Of a stretch of 64,000 bases of DNA, positions 1 through 12,469 are shown one piece after another. The notes beneath the pieces were generated by a model. The model was not told where the DNA came from. It ran no database searches and saw only the letters and a list, made by a program, of their open reading frames with translations. Made by a program: the position numbers and the translations under genes. The DNA is from Hypanus sabinus (Eukaryota), in assembly GCF_030144855.1 (NCBI RefSeq), contig NC_082713.1:131006001-131070000 (forward strand), written 5' to 3'. Each line of letters opens with the position of its first letter. Position 1 is the first letter of the stretch.

Positions 1-590
1 AACGTGAGGGAGTAAAAAACTTTGCATTATGACTCTGTTGCAATCTACAGACATGTGAATTTATAAGTCTAATGTACAAAGTAGAAAGAAGTTGTCCTGT
101 AGCCTGTTGGTCCTGGTTTTAAAGCTGCCAGACGGAAGCAGCTGAAACTGTTTATGGTTGGGGTGACTGGTGTCCCCAATGATCTTCCAGGCCTTCTTTA
201 TGCACCTGCTGCTTTAAGTGTCCTCAGTGGAGGGAGGTTCACATCCACAGAAGCGCTGGGTTGTCTGTACCACTTTCTGCAGTACCCAGTGATCAAGGTT
301 GGTGCAGTTTCTGTACCAGGAGGTGATACGGCCAGTCAGGATGTTCTCAATGGTGCCCCTGTGAAAGGTCTTAAGGATTTGGGGGCTAATACCGAACTCG
401 TTCAGTCGCCTGAGGTAGAAGAGACGCTGTTGTGCTTTTTTTGCCACAAAGCCAGACTGTACAGCTCAGGTGACATCGTCAGTGATGTGCATACCGAGGA
501 ACTTGAAACTACTCACCCTCTCAATTGCTGACCCATTAATGTTGATTGGACTGAGCCTATCTCCATTCCACCTTTCATCTGCGATCAGCT
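1..590 (-). mobile_element. Rex1/Babar-clade LINE, 3' fragment (RT C-terminal region)
   Basis: ORF 214..447(-) reads AKKAQQRLFYLRRLNEFGISPQILKTFHRGTIENILTGRITSWYRNC. The reverse complement matches the copy at 13300-13910 (window start aacgtgaggg = rc of ccctcacgtt at 13901). Confidence 0.85.
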
Positions 591-1004
591 CTGGTCATAC
601 TCTGATAATAAATCGTACGATGTGCTCTGATAATAAATTTTACTCTGAACTTGGAACCTGTTATAAAACATTACCAGATCTCTCAGTAATGTTTGTCTCT
701 TTACTCCCAAAATGATCAGCCCATCTGAACATTCCTGCAATTTAAAGTTTTCCTGCTCATTGCATGTTGCGTATTATCTGCAGACTTCTTTATCAAGCTC
801 CTGCAATTAGGTCTGAGTTATCAACAAAGTTTGCGTAACGTAAATGGAGAGCCCAAGTACTGAGTCCAGTGGGTGGGATCCCACCGGTAACAGTTGTCCG
901 ATCATGGAAACATCTGTCATTCCTCATTCTTCACTTCCCCCCCATCCCCACTAAGTGAATTGCCTTGTGAATAGTCTTGCTGAAAATGTGTGCCCTTCTG
1001 GTAG

Positions 1005-1470
1005 CCTCATTACTGGAAGGATATGTTAGCTCTGGAAATGATACAGAAGAGATATTCCAGGATTAGAGGGTATAAACTATACTGAGAGTTTGGATAAGCT
1101 TCCATTGTTTTCTCTGGAGCATCAGAGCCTGAGGGAAGACGTGATAAAAGTTTTTGATAATATGAGAAGTGAAGAAAGAGTAGACAGTCAGAATCTTTTT
1201 CCCAGGGTAGAAATGTCAAATGCCAGTGGACATGTGAGTTGAAGAAAGTTTAAAGGAGATGTTTTGGACGAGTTTTTTTTCCACAAAGAAGGACCTGGAA
1301 TGTGTTGCTAGAGGAAGTGGTGGAAACAGACAGAGGCTTTTAGATAGACACATGAGCATGCAGGGAATGGAGGAATATGGAACATATGCAGGCGAAGTGA
1401 TTTAACTTAGCATTGTGTTTAGAACAGACATTATGGGCCAAAATACCTGCGCCTGCATTGTACTGCAATA
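1005..1470 (+). mobile_element. Decayed CR1 LINE 3' end
   Basis: CR1 C-terminal signatures (ttttctctggagcatcagagcctgagggaagac; tttttcccagggtagaaatgtc) followed by a 3' UTR ending tgggccaaa..cctgc..ctgcattgtactg. Confidence 0.7.
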
Positions 1471-1489
1471 AATTAAATCCTAAGGACTC

Positions 1490-2620
1490 CATTAGTTTCA
1501 CTGCCTTCCTGAACTTTCCTTGTGAGGCAAAATATTCACTCAACCTTCCCTGAACAAATACACACCAATATTCATTGATTAATCTGCATATTTCTAAGTC
1601 AAGGTTTATGCTGTCCATTTGGCTGGGCCCAAATAATTTTCCCTTCACTGAAGTTAAACTAATTGGTCTGTAATTTCCTGGTATGTCAATTTCTCCTTTT
1701 TTTTAGTGATTCTCCAGTCCTCTGATTCAACTGGGGGATTAAAAAATGGCTTTTTTCCTGTCCATCTTTGCTACATCACCTCATAGTCTAGAAAAATTGG
1801 CTTTATCCCAATTTGAACATTTTTTACTTTTATTTTCTCTATGTCTGCTACTGTAATTTTATGAAATCTCACTGAATCATGATCACTCCCACAACAATTT
1901 GCTCCCGCTGACACTGCTTCCACCTGCTCTGCCTCATTCTTTAAACTGAACCAGAACTGTCCCTCTCCTCTTACTGGGCTTGCTGAAAAGTGGTAAAATA
2001 ACATTCCTATGAAGGCAATTTAAGAACCTTTTGCACAATTGTATCACAGTTAACCTTAGGCTAAATGAAACCCTCGGTCCTAGTAGTTATGCGCTTGTAG
2101 GAAATTTGCCTGCAAATGGGTGTCTAGAGCAGATTGCCAATTATTTTGCCCTTTAGTTCAAATCATACAATCTCATTTGATGATCTTTCTACTTATCACC
2201 CCTTGTTAGTGCTCTAATCATCTCTTTAACCAGTACAGTATTACCCGCCCACCTTCCTGCACACCTTTTATTTCTCCTATCTCACTCATCTGCAAACATG
2301 TAACTAGGAACATTAAGTTGCCAATCCTGGCCCTACTTAAGTCATTTTTCATTGTCAACAAATATATTATCCTTCTGCGTGTCCATTGGTACTTTCAGTG
2401 CCTCTGCCATATCCACTATGCTCCTTGCATTTAGATACTCATCTGCAAGTAATCGGATTCTTGTTCCGCCAATTTTCTAACTTTTGTTTGCTCTTCTTTC
2501 CAAATACTCTCTCTAGTTTTTTCCCTTCATTTCCTGCCTACTTTTCTCCCTCCCAAATCTATGCTAAGCTTCCCACCCTCTTGCCAAGCTGATTTAAACC
2601 CTCCCCCAACAACATCGGCA
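1490..2620 (-). mobile_element. Old CR1 LINE internal fragments
   Basis: Reverse-strand CR1 motifs (gaagttaaactaattggtctgtaatttcctg; tcatgatcactccc; gatttaaaccctccccc). Heavily deleted. Confidence 0.55.
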
Positions 2621-2844
2621 AACAAGCCAGTGAAAATATTGATCTTGGCCCTGTTGGAACGAACCCATTTGGTCTGTGTGAGTATTACAATGTACAAAGC
2701 AGGAGGAATCACTCTCTCCTGTCACATACTGGTTTACATTTTCCTTCTTCTATCCTCACTGGTGTGTGATCGCCAGGAATTATATGGAAGTCATTACCCT
2801 CAAGATCATGTTTTGTAATCTCTTTTCTTAAAATCTGTTTGCAG

Positions 2845-2942
2845 GGTCCTACTGAAGGGTCTCGGCCCAAACCATTGACTGTAATTTTTCCGTAGATGCT
2901 GCCTGGCCTGCTGACTTCCTCCAGCATTTTGTGTGTGTTGCA
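2845..2942 (+). mobile_element. Penelope-like element terminal (pLTR) fragment
   Basis: ctgaagggtctcggcccaaaccattgactg...agatgctgcctggcctgctgacttcctccagcattttgtgtgtgttg is the same as the 3' end of the GIY-YIG element at 10487-10590. Confidence 0.75.
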
Positions 2943-3847
2943 GGGTCTTACTGCTTTTTCCACCTGTGTTGTTGGTATCTGTGTGGAGCACAACTTCAGG
3001 TTGTTCACCCTCTGCTCACTGATGGCATACCATCATGTGTTTTCTCTTGTTTTGTTTCCTTGGACTGTATTACAGCATAGTAGGAGGCCATTTGGCCACT
3101 TGAGTATATGGTGGCTCACAGAGCAATCCCATTAGTGCGATCCTTTTGCTGTACTTATTTCCCTGTCATGTGCCCATCAAGCAAACACATTCTCCTGCTA
3201 CCCAGCTACGCTAAGGTTAATTGACCGTGGTCAATTAACTTCCTAACATTTTTTATTTTCAGGAAACCAGAGGACAAGGGCAAAGTGCATTAGGAGGAAT
3301 ATAAACCCTGCGCAGACACCATTGGAGGTGAGGTTCAGACTCAGTTTGCTGGGACTGTGTGGAAGCAGTATGGCCTGTTTCACCACTGTGAATTAAAGAG
3401 TGAAAGTACGTTTAATATGAAGGTATGTATAAATTACACAACCCTGAGACTTGTCTGCTTAAAGGCAACCACAAAGCAAGAAACCTGAAAGAACAGAATA
3501 AGATCAACACTAAATGTTGCGAGAAAGAGAAAAGGAAGCACAAATCATGCAAACAATGGAAGCAAGCAAGAGCACTCTGAACCATATTGAGTCCTTAGAT
3601 CCAAATCCCTATCCCTGGAGCAGCCTGGATTCACCCAGTCTGAAGCTGGTAAGATTTATCCACTTTCATACTACTTTGCCTAATTTTCTCCTGAACAGAG
3701 TCAGACTCTCAGGCTAACAATTGGTGAGAACACTCCGTTAGGTTATCAGTGGGTGTTTCCTTAGAAACCATGCATCAAGGCCAAATAGGTGAGGTTTAGG
3801 GATGGATGGAACAACCAAAGAAAACCAACTAGATGTAATTATCAAGA

Positions 3848-3935
3848 TAACAACACACACTAAATGTTGGAGGAACTCAGCAGGTCAGGCAGCATCTACG
3901 GAAATGAATAAACAGGCTGAGACCCTTCTCCAGGT
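3848..3935 (-). mobile_element. Penelope-like element terminal fragment
   Basis: acacacactaaatgttggaggaactcagcaggtcaggcagcatctacggaaatg...ctgagacccttc is the reverse complement of the same pLTR. Confidence 0.75.
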
Positions 3936-5569
3936 CTCATAATTACCTATACATTTAACTGAAAATCCATCCACTTTAGCAGTGCTAGACATGCCTTTTG
4001 CATTGTTTGTAGGTTCCACTGGTGTTTCAGAAGATTGGTACGATTTAGCTAATGGATTTAATTTCAAAAGCAGAATGTCATGTGAAGTAAGCAAAGCGGT
4101 GTTAATGTATCAGGTTATTACTTTCATTAGAAAGGTCCTTCCTGAATGGCCTTAAATATTGACTCTGTTTCTCGCTCCCCTAATGCTGAAATTTCCTGCA
4201 CTCTTTGTTTTAAGTCTAGATGTGTAGAGTCATATCAGTCATATTTTATTTTTGTGGAATTCTAAAGTTGGTGTCCTGAATGTTCTATTCCTCCTTGAAG
4301 ATGGCAGAGGACCCTTTAAACTAGCAACCTAAGGCCTGGCTGGATAAATTTTGCAAATAAACTCAAACAAAATTAATAGTAATTTAGAAAAGTATGGGAG
4401 ACTTAATGGATTTATTCTGTTTCCTCAATGGAATGAAGTTACAGAGATGATTAGTACAATTGACCAGCTTGTACTTTTTATGGAAGCTTTTGGTGAAGTC
4501 ACACAATGAAAAAGTTACCCACCCGTTTTAAGCAACCTCACATTTGGGATATGTCATTAGAAGGTAGCAAGTAATTGTTCTTTTTTTCCAAACTGGAGGG
4601 AAGAACTTAAGTTTTCTAGGTGCTGTACCCAGTACTGGGCATAATTTGAAAGTTTTCAGGTCGCACAGAATTCAGAAACGTACTAACCAGTGAGGAAAAT
4701 AGCAACAAGACTTTAGAAGGATAGACACAGTAACAAGTAGATTCAGGAAGATAATGCATTTTGTGGGGAGGCATGGGGCGAGGCAATATTAAGTAGCACA
4801 ATTTCAATGAAGGGTAGGAACAGGAATGTTTGGAAGTGAATACACTCACATTCATGAAAACAACAGGGCAAGTTGAGAAAGCTGCTGGAAAGAAAATGAG
4901 CTTTTAATGGCTTTATTACTATAAATATGTCAAAGTAAATTTATCTAAGTATGTTACCATAGACTATCTTGAGATTTATTTTGCAGGCATTTACAGAAAA
5001 GTAGAAACACAATAGAACAACTAAACAAAAACAGATAAGGAATGACAAACAGCAATATGCAAAAGATAAATTATGCAAATAAAAATAATACTGAGGACAT
5101 GAGTGGTAAAAAATCTTGTAAGTTGCAGAATCATTTTAGAGTAGAACTGAGTCAAGTTATCCACACCAGTTCAGAAGTCTGTCTATAAGTTAATAACAGT
5201 TCCTGAACCTCAGGACAAAAACAAGGAAGCACTGCTAATGCTCTTAAAATACTGGTTGGACCTCAGTTCAAGGATTCTTTTCATTGGTAAGCAATACTCT
5301 AGTGGTCCATGACAAGCCTACTTGCTCATGTAGATGCATTTTGTTTTCACTCTGGATCTGGCATATGGATATTTTAATTTCAGATGTTTCATTTGTGAGG
5401 AAAATATTTCATGTAAAACTAAGCCTCACAGTAATTAGTATTCAGTGCACGGTAGCGTATGGATTGTTTTTAATCAAATAGAGTTTAATAGTTGAATACT
5501 GTTTCCTAAATCCATTAAATTGGGAGTGAGAGCACAGTGCTGGCACAATTTCTGTAAACGGTAGACTCT

Positions 5570-5800
5570 GGAGTTAGCTCACATGGCAAAGAACAAGAGC
5601 ATTCCTCAGACAATCAAACACACTCATAGCGGCAGACGAACCTGGTCTTCTCTGTTGAGCTCTGTAGATAGAAAACGAATCTGCAAGCTGGAAATGAAAG
5701 GTGTGCCAAAGCAGGCCAAAGAGCAAAACAGTGTCAAGGCAAACTTCAGAAGAGGTACCCCATCTACAAACGTAGCTATTGGGTCATGACTACTGAAACA
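5570..5800 (+). mobile_element. Possible old RTE-clade LINE C-terminal remnant
   Basis: Weak resemblance to the RTE ORF tail (H.ARM...RIP..........GRR..G......D...CK.EMK). Heavily mutated. Confidence 0.35.
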
Positions 5801-6069
5801 GTAGGTGTCTCAATCATGGCGTGGCACTGATGCCAGTCCTGAGGTGAAATAAGATGGTGTACTGCAAGTTCCATAAAAACAGAATTCCATCGAAAAGTTG
5901 CATGGACAGTAATATGATATATGAACACCAGCTCAACAGAATAGATGAGCTGAAAAGATCCTCCACCATGCTTCAGTTAAAGTCCCTCACTTTTCCTATT
6001 TGCCCCCTCCCTCCCCGGTGTAGTCAGTCTCTGACTTGAAGTTCCATTTGGACATCCTGATATTCCACT

Positions 6070-6380
6070 GACTGCACAGTGGTGCAGATTGTAGAGCTGC
6101 TGCCTCACGGTTCCCATGACCGGGGTTCAATCCTGTCCCTGGTGCTGTCTATGGTATTCGCATGTTCTCCTCTTTCAAGTTTGATTTCCTTTGATGTCCC
6201 AAAGACATGCAGATTGGTAAATCAATGGGCCTGAGCAGGTTGCCTCATGTGTGTAGTGTGGTAGAATTTGGGGGCAGTTGATGGGAATAGAAGGAGAATA
6301 AAATGGAATTAGCAAAGGGTAACTGCTTGCTTAGTAGTCAGCATAGGCTTAATGGACCAAAGGGCCTGTTTCCATGCAAT
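6070..6380 (+). mobile_element. tRNA-derived V-SINE (HE1-like)
   Basis: A-box tggtgcagattg, B-box ggttcaatcc, V-domain remnant gcatgttctcc...cccaaagacatgc, CR1-like tail tggaccaaagggcctgtttccatgc. Confidence 0.75.
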
Positions 6381-6479
6381 ATGACTTGATATTTTTGTTG
6401 GAACTTGATATTAAAATATATGGACAATTTACTTTGATGTTCTCACCAAAATTAAGGACAAGCTCATGTCATGATATTC

Positions 6480-7560
6480 TCATATTCAAATTTGCTGATA
6501 TCACCACTGTCGTAGGCCGAGTCAAAGGTGGTGAGGGAGGAAGAATGAAAATTTAGCTGAGTGGTGCCATAACACCAGCCTCTTATTCAGCCCGGTGGTT
6601 TCGGCCCAAAATGTCATCACTACCTCCTCCATTAGATGCTGTCTGGCCTGCTGAGTTCTGCCAGCAATTTGTGTTTTTCTTACTCAATCTCAGCAAGACC
6701 AAGGAGCTGATTATTGATTTCAGGAGGAGGAAACCAAAGGTCCATGAGCCAGTCCTCATTGAAGAATCAGAGGTGAACAGGGTCAGCAACTTTAAATTCC
6801 TCAGTGGGTTTTTTTTGAGGACCTGTCTTGGGCCCACCACATAAGTGCAATTACAAAGAAAGCACGGCAGCACCTGTACTTCCTGAAGAGTTTGCGAAGA
6901 TTCGTTATGACACCTGAAAGTTAGACAAACTTCTATAGATGGGTGGTGGAGAGTATATTGACTGGCTGCATTACAACCTGGTATGGAAACACCAATGCCC
7001 TTGAATGGAAAATCCTACAAAAAGCAATGGATACAGCCCTGTCCATTATGGGTAAAGTCCTCCCCATCATTGAGCACATCTACACAAAATGTTGTCACAG
7101 GAAAGCAGCAACTACCATCAGGGACCTTCACCACCCAGGTCATGCTCTCTTCTTGCTGCTGCCATCAGGACGAAGGTACTGGAGCCTCAGGACTCACAGC
7201 AATTTCAAGAATAGTTATTGCTCCTCAACCATCAGACTCCTGAACTAAAAGGGATAATTTCACTCAACTTCACTTCATGATCAAAATGTTCCCACAACCT
7301 ATGGCTGCACTTTCAAGGACTCATCTCATGTTCTCAATATTTATTGCTTATTTATAATTATCATTATTTCTTTCTTTTTGTATTTGCACAGTTTCTTGTC
7401 TTTTGCACACTAGTTGAACGTCAAGTTGGTGTGGTCTTCCAGTGATTCTATTATGCTTATTATTATATTATGGATTTATTGAGTATGTCTGCAAGAAAAT
7501 TAATTTCAAGGTTGTCATTATGTGTGTGTTCTTTGATAATGAATTTCCTTTGAACTTTGA
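6480..7560 (+). mobile_element. Rex1/Babar LINE 3' part with 3' UTR, interrupted by a Penelope fragment
   Basis: KFADITTVVG, SKTKELIIDFRR and VESILTGCITTWYGN...HPGHALFLLLPSGRRY peptides; tail tttgaactttga. Confidence 0.85.
6588..6677 (+). mobile_element. Penelope pLTR fragment inserted in the Rex1 RT
   Basis: gtttcggcccaaaatgtc...agatgctgtctggcctgctgagttctgccagca, flanked by tcttattca/tcttactca (about 9-bp TSD, 1 mismatch). Confidence 0.65.
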
Positions 7561-7985
7561 TCTTTAAAGGAGCCAATCCTTTAAGCATTTATCTTGATTT
7601 CCCATTGGATTACAAGGTGTAACAATGGAAGCTGATCAGTACAAGAAATGCCTTTGATTCATTAAATTTTCCTTGCACTCTGCAAACAGGGGGAGGGCCA
7701 CTTGATGTGCCACTTGTCGTAAACTTTTCTCAAACAAATGAGAATAATCAGATATAACCATGAATTTAGAACAAACATCCTCAAGCCAGTAGGCACCAAC
7801 ATATTTCACAGGATTCCCTCCAACAATGTAAAGCACATGTCTTTCTTGTGAAGACAGTATTAGAAAGAAGTCCATGTTCTAAATCATCTCAACAGTATCA
7901 TTAAAAACAACAGGGGAGGGGGCTGCCTTAAGTACAATTGACAAATTGGTGGGGATCAGTGCTGGGACCATTATTGGTTGTAATA

Positions 7986-9321
7986 CAGAGTATTCCAGTT
8001 AATTGGGACACATCAGGACCAGTGTATTTTGACCTAATTAAGCAGCTGCCCAGTTTAGTTGGTTTCATGGAAATAGCTTAAAAAGGTATAAAAAAGATAA
8101 ACTACCATTTAACTGAGTACCAAATTATATATTTAAATGAAATTCAGAACAATAACAATGCTGCTATAGTACTATAAAACTGTGTTAGTTCCTAATAGTT
8201 CCTGATGGAAGAATTCATTCAGTGTATGGGGTGTCCAAGGAGGGGCAAGCACCTCTAGTGAAACTGCCTACGTGTCCATTCTGGAGCTGCTCACTCACCT
8301 TTGGTACTCCCAGGACAGCTCTTGCTGTGGCTCCACGTAGCTGTTTGCATGTGACAGCAGCTACACACTGGTACACCACTTTGACAGGTGACCTAAGCAC
8401 ATGTGTATCAGTGGGTTTCATACCCCAGTGGTACAGGGACATGCCTGTCCAAGCGTGTGAAGTCAGCTCCAACCCAGTAGGTTGATGAGATCAACTGTAA
8501 GTTCCAACGGGCAGGAAGGCAGTCCTGCGGTGCTTCATGGAGAACAAAAGGCATGATAAGGCACAGAGGTAGTCATGGTTATCAATTGCAAACAAGGAAG
8601 ACCCCAGTTTGTGACGATGACTCATGCCACTGGACTTCTGAGGTTGAGAGACCAAAGCTGTCCCAGTGCAATGGATTTTCCATTTTAAAAACCCTCCTGC
8701 ACAGCTTTCACTGCCATCATCAGATACGAAGGACAGACAACATGCTGCCATGCTCACTTACTTGACTATAAATGAACAAAATTAGCACCCACCCAGTGCA
8801 GACTGCCTTTATACAATACTCTTGACAATTGCCTCCTCCAAATCTTCACTTCCATTGTAACATTAAAGATGATTGTTGATACCTTCAAATTCTTCATAGT
8901 TCCTAATTCATTTAACGAGTGAAATAATTTTATTTTCACTCCTGGCTATTTCTGGTATTTTTAACCAGGATGTTTGAAACCCCGAGAGCAAAACGATTCT
9001 ATATTATCTTACTGCTTATTTCTTGCCAACTATCAGTGACAAAGATCATTGCTTTTTGAACACGAGCATCTGCAACTGATGCTATTTCAAAACTGTACAA
9101 TCTAAGCACAGTATAGTGTCTAACGGCCACACAACTTTTTGCAACTGATGCCAGTTAGAAACTCTTCGGCAACAGTCTCCTGTCCCGATTAAGTGGTATA
9201 GAGTCCAAAATAAATGGAGGGAATCTGAGCTATTGTCTTGATTAGCTTTTGTTCTTTAAGAGTTGTCCCAAATAAGCATCTGCCCCAATTAACCGATAGA
9301 TCGATTAACTGGAATCCACTG
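7986..9321. mobile_element. Tigger/pogo-type non-autonomous DNA transposon inserted in a CR1
   Basis: TIRs cagagtattccagttaat... / ...attaactggaatccactg, preceded by TA and followed by TG (mutated TA). CR1 RT sequence resumes on both sides (gatcagtgctgggacc / ttagatgagaatg). Confidence 0.75.
8228..8750 (+). mobile_element. RTE-related short non-autonomous retroelement nested in the Tigger-like element
   Basis: GC-richer block interrupting the AT-rich transposon, with RTE-like end motifs (gggtttcataccccagtg...gaagtcagctcc; gaagaccccagtttgtgacgatg). Confidence 0.4.
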
Positions 9322-9324
9322 TGT

Positions 9325-9722
9325 AGATAAGTGTCTTAGATGAGAATGCAGGTAATACAATTAGTTATCTTGTAGGCAACACAGAAATTGACAGTGAAGA
9401 AGGTTCTCTAAGAATACAGCGGGACATAGATCAGCTGGAAAGTTGGGCAGGGCGATGGTGGATAGAATTTAATCTAGATAAGTTGGAGGTATTGCAAATA
9501 GAAAGTTAAATTCTGGTAAGACACGCAGAGTAAATGGCAGGGATTTTAGGGGCAATGGTGTACAGAGAGACATTGGCACGCTAGTTTATATCTCTCTGAA
9601 AGTAGTTCCAGCTGTGGATGAGGCAGTGAAAAATTCATTTGGTATACTTGTCTTCATAGACTGGGTATAAGATCTTGGGCATCATGTTGCTGTTGTACAG
9701 AACTGTGGTTAGACAAGACTTA
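9325..9722 (+). mobile_element. CR1 LINE RT fragment
   Basis: acaggggacatagatcagctggaaagttgggcag...gaatttaatctagataag (QGDIDQLESWA...EFNLDK). Confidence 0.7.
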
Positions 9723-10592
9723 CTCCAAAGGGACCCTACCACTAAACATATCCTTACATCCCCCTCACTCTGCCTTCCACAGGTATTGTGCCCCCCACAA
9801 TTCCCTTGTCCATTCATTTCACCCCACTAATCTCCCCACAGGCACTTACCCCCTGCAAGCAGCCTAAGTGATACACCTGCCCATGCACCTCCTCCCTCAC
9901 ATCTATTCAGGCCCCCTTCCAGTCCTTCCAGGTGAGGCAACACTTCACCTGCGAGTCTGCTGGAGTAGTTTATTGTGTCCCGTGCTCCCAATGTGGCCAT
10001 TGATGAGACCTGTCATAAATTGGGAGACCGCTTCATTGAGCACCTCCACACATTCCGCCGCAAGTGGGACTTCCCAGTGACCAAACATTTTAATTCTGAT
10101 TCCCATTCTCATTCTGACATGTTGATCCAGGGCCCCCTTTAGTGCCAAGATGAGGTCACCCTCATGGTGGAGGAGCAATACCTTATATTCCACCTGTGTA
10201 CCCTCCAATCTGATGATATGAATACCGATTACTCCTGGTGAACAAAATCCCCCCCACCCCACCCCTTTATTCTCTATTTTACTTCTCACCTGCCTATTAC
10301 TTCCCACTGTGTCCCCTCCTCCTTCCCTTTCTCATTGTCCACTCTCCTCTTCTATCAGATTCTTTCTTCTCCGGCCCTTGACCTTTCCCACCCACTTGGC
10401 TTCACCTATCATCTTCCAGCCAGCCTCTTTCTCCTCCCTACCCCCCACATTTTTAATTCAGAGATTTAACACCTCAACACCTGCCCCAGTCCTGAAGAAG
10501 GGTCTCGGTCCAAAAAATCAACTATTTACTCTTTTCTATAGATGCTACCTGACCTGCTGAGTTCCTCTGGCATTTTGTGTGTGTTGCTTTGG
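9723..10592 (+). mobile_element. Penelope-like element (Neptune type), 5'-truncated, decayed GIY-YIG endonuclease plus 3' pLTR
   Basis: Broken frames give GTYPCKQPK*YTCP (Cys linker), FQVRQHFTCESAGVVYCVPCSQCG..IDETCHKLGDRFIEHL and PVTKHFNSDSHS...EEQYLIFHLCTLQSDDMN, then a pyrimidine-rich UTR and cagtcctgaagaagggtctcgg. Confidence 0.85.
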
Positions 10593-11364
10593 AGTATTGC
10601 AGTATGTGCAGTTCTGAGTCAGCACACTGCAGAAAGAACGTGGTAGCAATGCTGTGAATGCGGAAGAGATGTACCAGGATGCTCTCTGGAAATGGCCAAT
10701 ATGTCGACTGATCAGTTGCTTATGACTGCCTGTCTTCGAACACAATGAAAAAATGTTTTAACTGAAGCAGATACTTGCATACACTGACAATTTAACTGTT
10801 TAAAATAGCATTGCTGTAAGGATTTTGTGACCCTGATTGGCTTAATGAGATATGAAATGATCTTTATTGTTATATTAATTAGTTCCATACATAGCAGACA
10901 GAGGACCTCATTATTCAATAGTATTTGTCATACGGACTTTTCTTCCTTGCTTCAAAACCATGAACTGGTGAGGTCATTGAGGCGTTTGGAAAATGCTTAA
11001 GGGATTAGTTTTCTTTCATTATTCTATGGGGAATAAATACAAACAATCTTAAATCTTTATTAAAGATCTTTAAGAGGAATAAAGCAGAGGCACTTTTAAA
11101 AAGTCAAAATGTATGCCCGTAGCAGCATAGGTGACAGTGATGATACAAAGCAGGCCATTTTACCATCCTGTGCACTGGAGGAGACCGTAGACCTGTTTAT
11201 ATAACAACATCAAAGCCTGCGATGTGTTACATCTTTAATGATTTCTGCTGACACTTTGAGGACAATATTATCACACTTGCAATTTTATTCAGGCGTAATC
11301 AAGTAAACCCTCTAAATAGTGACAACACTCTGCATGATTTTCTTGTGCTTGATATGTCAACTGA

Positions 11365-11672
11365 CAGAAATCTGAAGTCCCGTACTACCAGGTTCAGGAA
11401 TAGCGGCCTTCCTACAACCAACAAGTTCTTCACCCATTCTGCACAGCCCTCACCCGATCTCAGCAATGGAATACTACGGTTCAGCCCTTGCGCTTGCCTT
11501 CAATTGAGTTTTTTTAATTGCTTACAGGTCTTATTTCTGCAGTCTTTTTTTTTCCACTGTATGGTATAATTAATATTCCGTGTACCTACTTGCCTTGTGA
11601 CGCTGCAGCAAGCAAGCTTTTCGTTCTATTGTCGTTCACCGTCCTTGTGCACATGACAACCAACTCAACTTG
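11365..11672 (+). mobile_element. Rex1/Babar LINE extreme 3' end
   Basis: RNLKSRTTRFRNS peptide followed by a UTR ending gtgcacatgacaaccaactcaact. Confidence 0.6.
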
Positions 11673-12469
11673 GCTCTTACACCGTTGTTCAGGTTATTGC
11701 TTTTGACGTTGAAGGTTAAGACAGTAAGTTCACAGTCCTGTACATCGGCGTGCGCCAATCTACAGCATCTATATCTGGTGTTAGACAATAACCATGTGGT
11801 GATGTTGCTCTCAGTAGAGTATTAACACTGTGCCAATATGTTCCACAAATTTGTAATTCAGTTTAAGAGTGGAGAGGAGAAAGTGTTCTGTGTTTGGTTT
11901 TAATTACACGCAAATATTCTGTTAATTTAATCCTTAATGCTGCTTGTGCTGAGGGCTTGAATGTGTTTCCTGATGAAATGTTTCTAATCACTGCTGCATC
12001 TTTCCATCTCTTTCTGTGCCAATGGGCACTGTGCCCCAGTCTCTGCCCTTAACCACAAAGAGTATTGCACCAAGTTTATCTCAGCCCCCACAAGGTTTCT
12101 CCACCTTCCAGTGTTCTGGCAAATCAGAGTTTAGAGTTTCTGAACGTCCTCAAGGTCACTTTCACCCTTGCGAAACTTTGTGCAACTTCCTCAGGCCTCC
12201 ATTGGCCGCCTGATCTGTGTTCTTTCATCACAATGATCAATACTTCCCACTTTACCCCCGCTCGGTATAGTTCCATGGGTTCACGACACTTTGAGTCCCT
12301 TTATGGGCAGCAGAACAACAAGGCCAAAATCAAGGGAGGCCTCATTTTTCTAACATTAGAAATAAAGTTAAGAAATGATTTAGGGCAGAAAGACTTTTGA
12401 GAGTAAAGTTTGGAATATGCCAGAAGATACCAAGGGTATCAAAAGTAGTTCAAATGAGTTAAATGTTTT

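Noticed and set aside
6070-6140. tRNA-like A/B boxes here and at 28086 as tRNA genes
   Set aside because: They are SINE heads followed by V or CORE domains; no complete cloverleaf.
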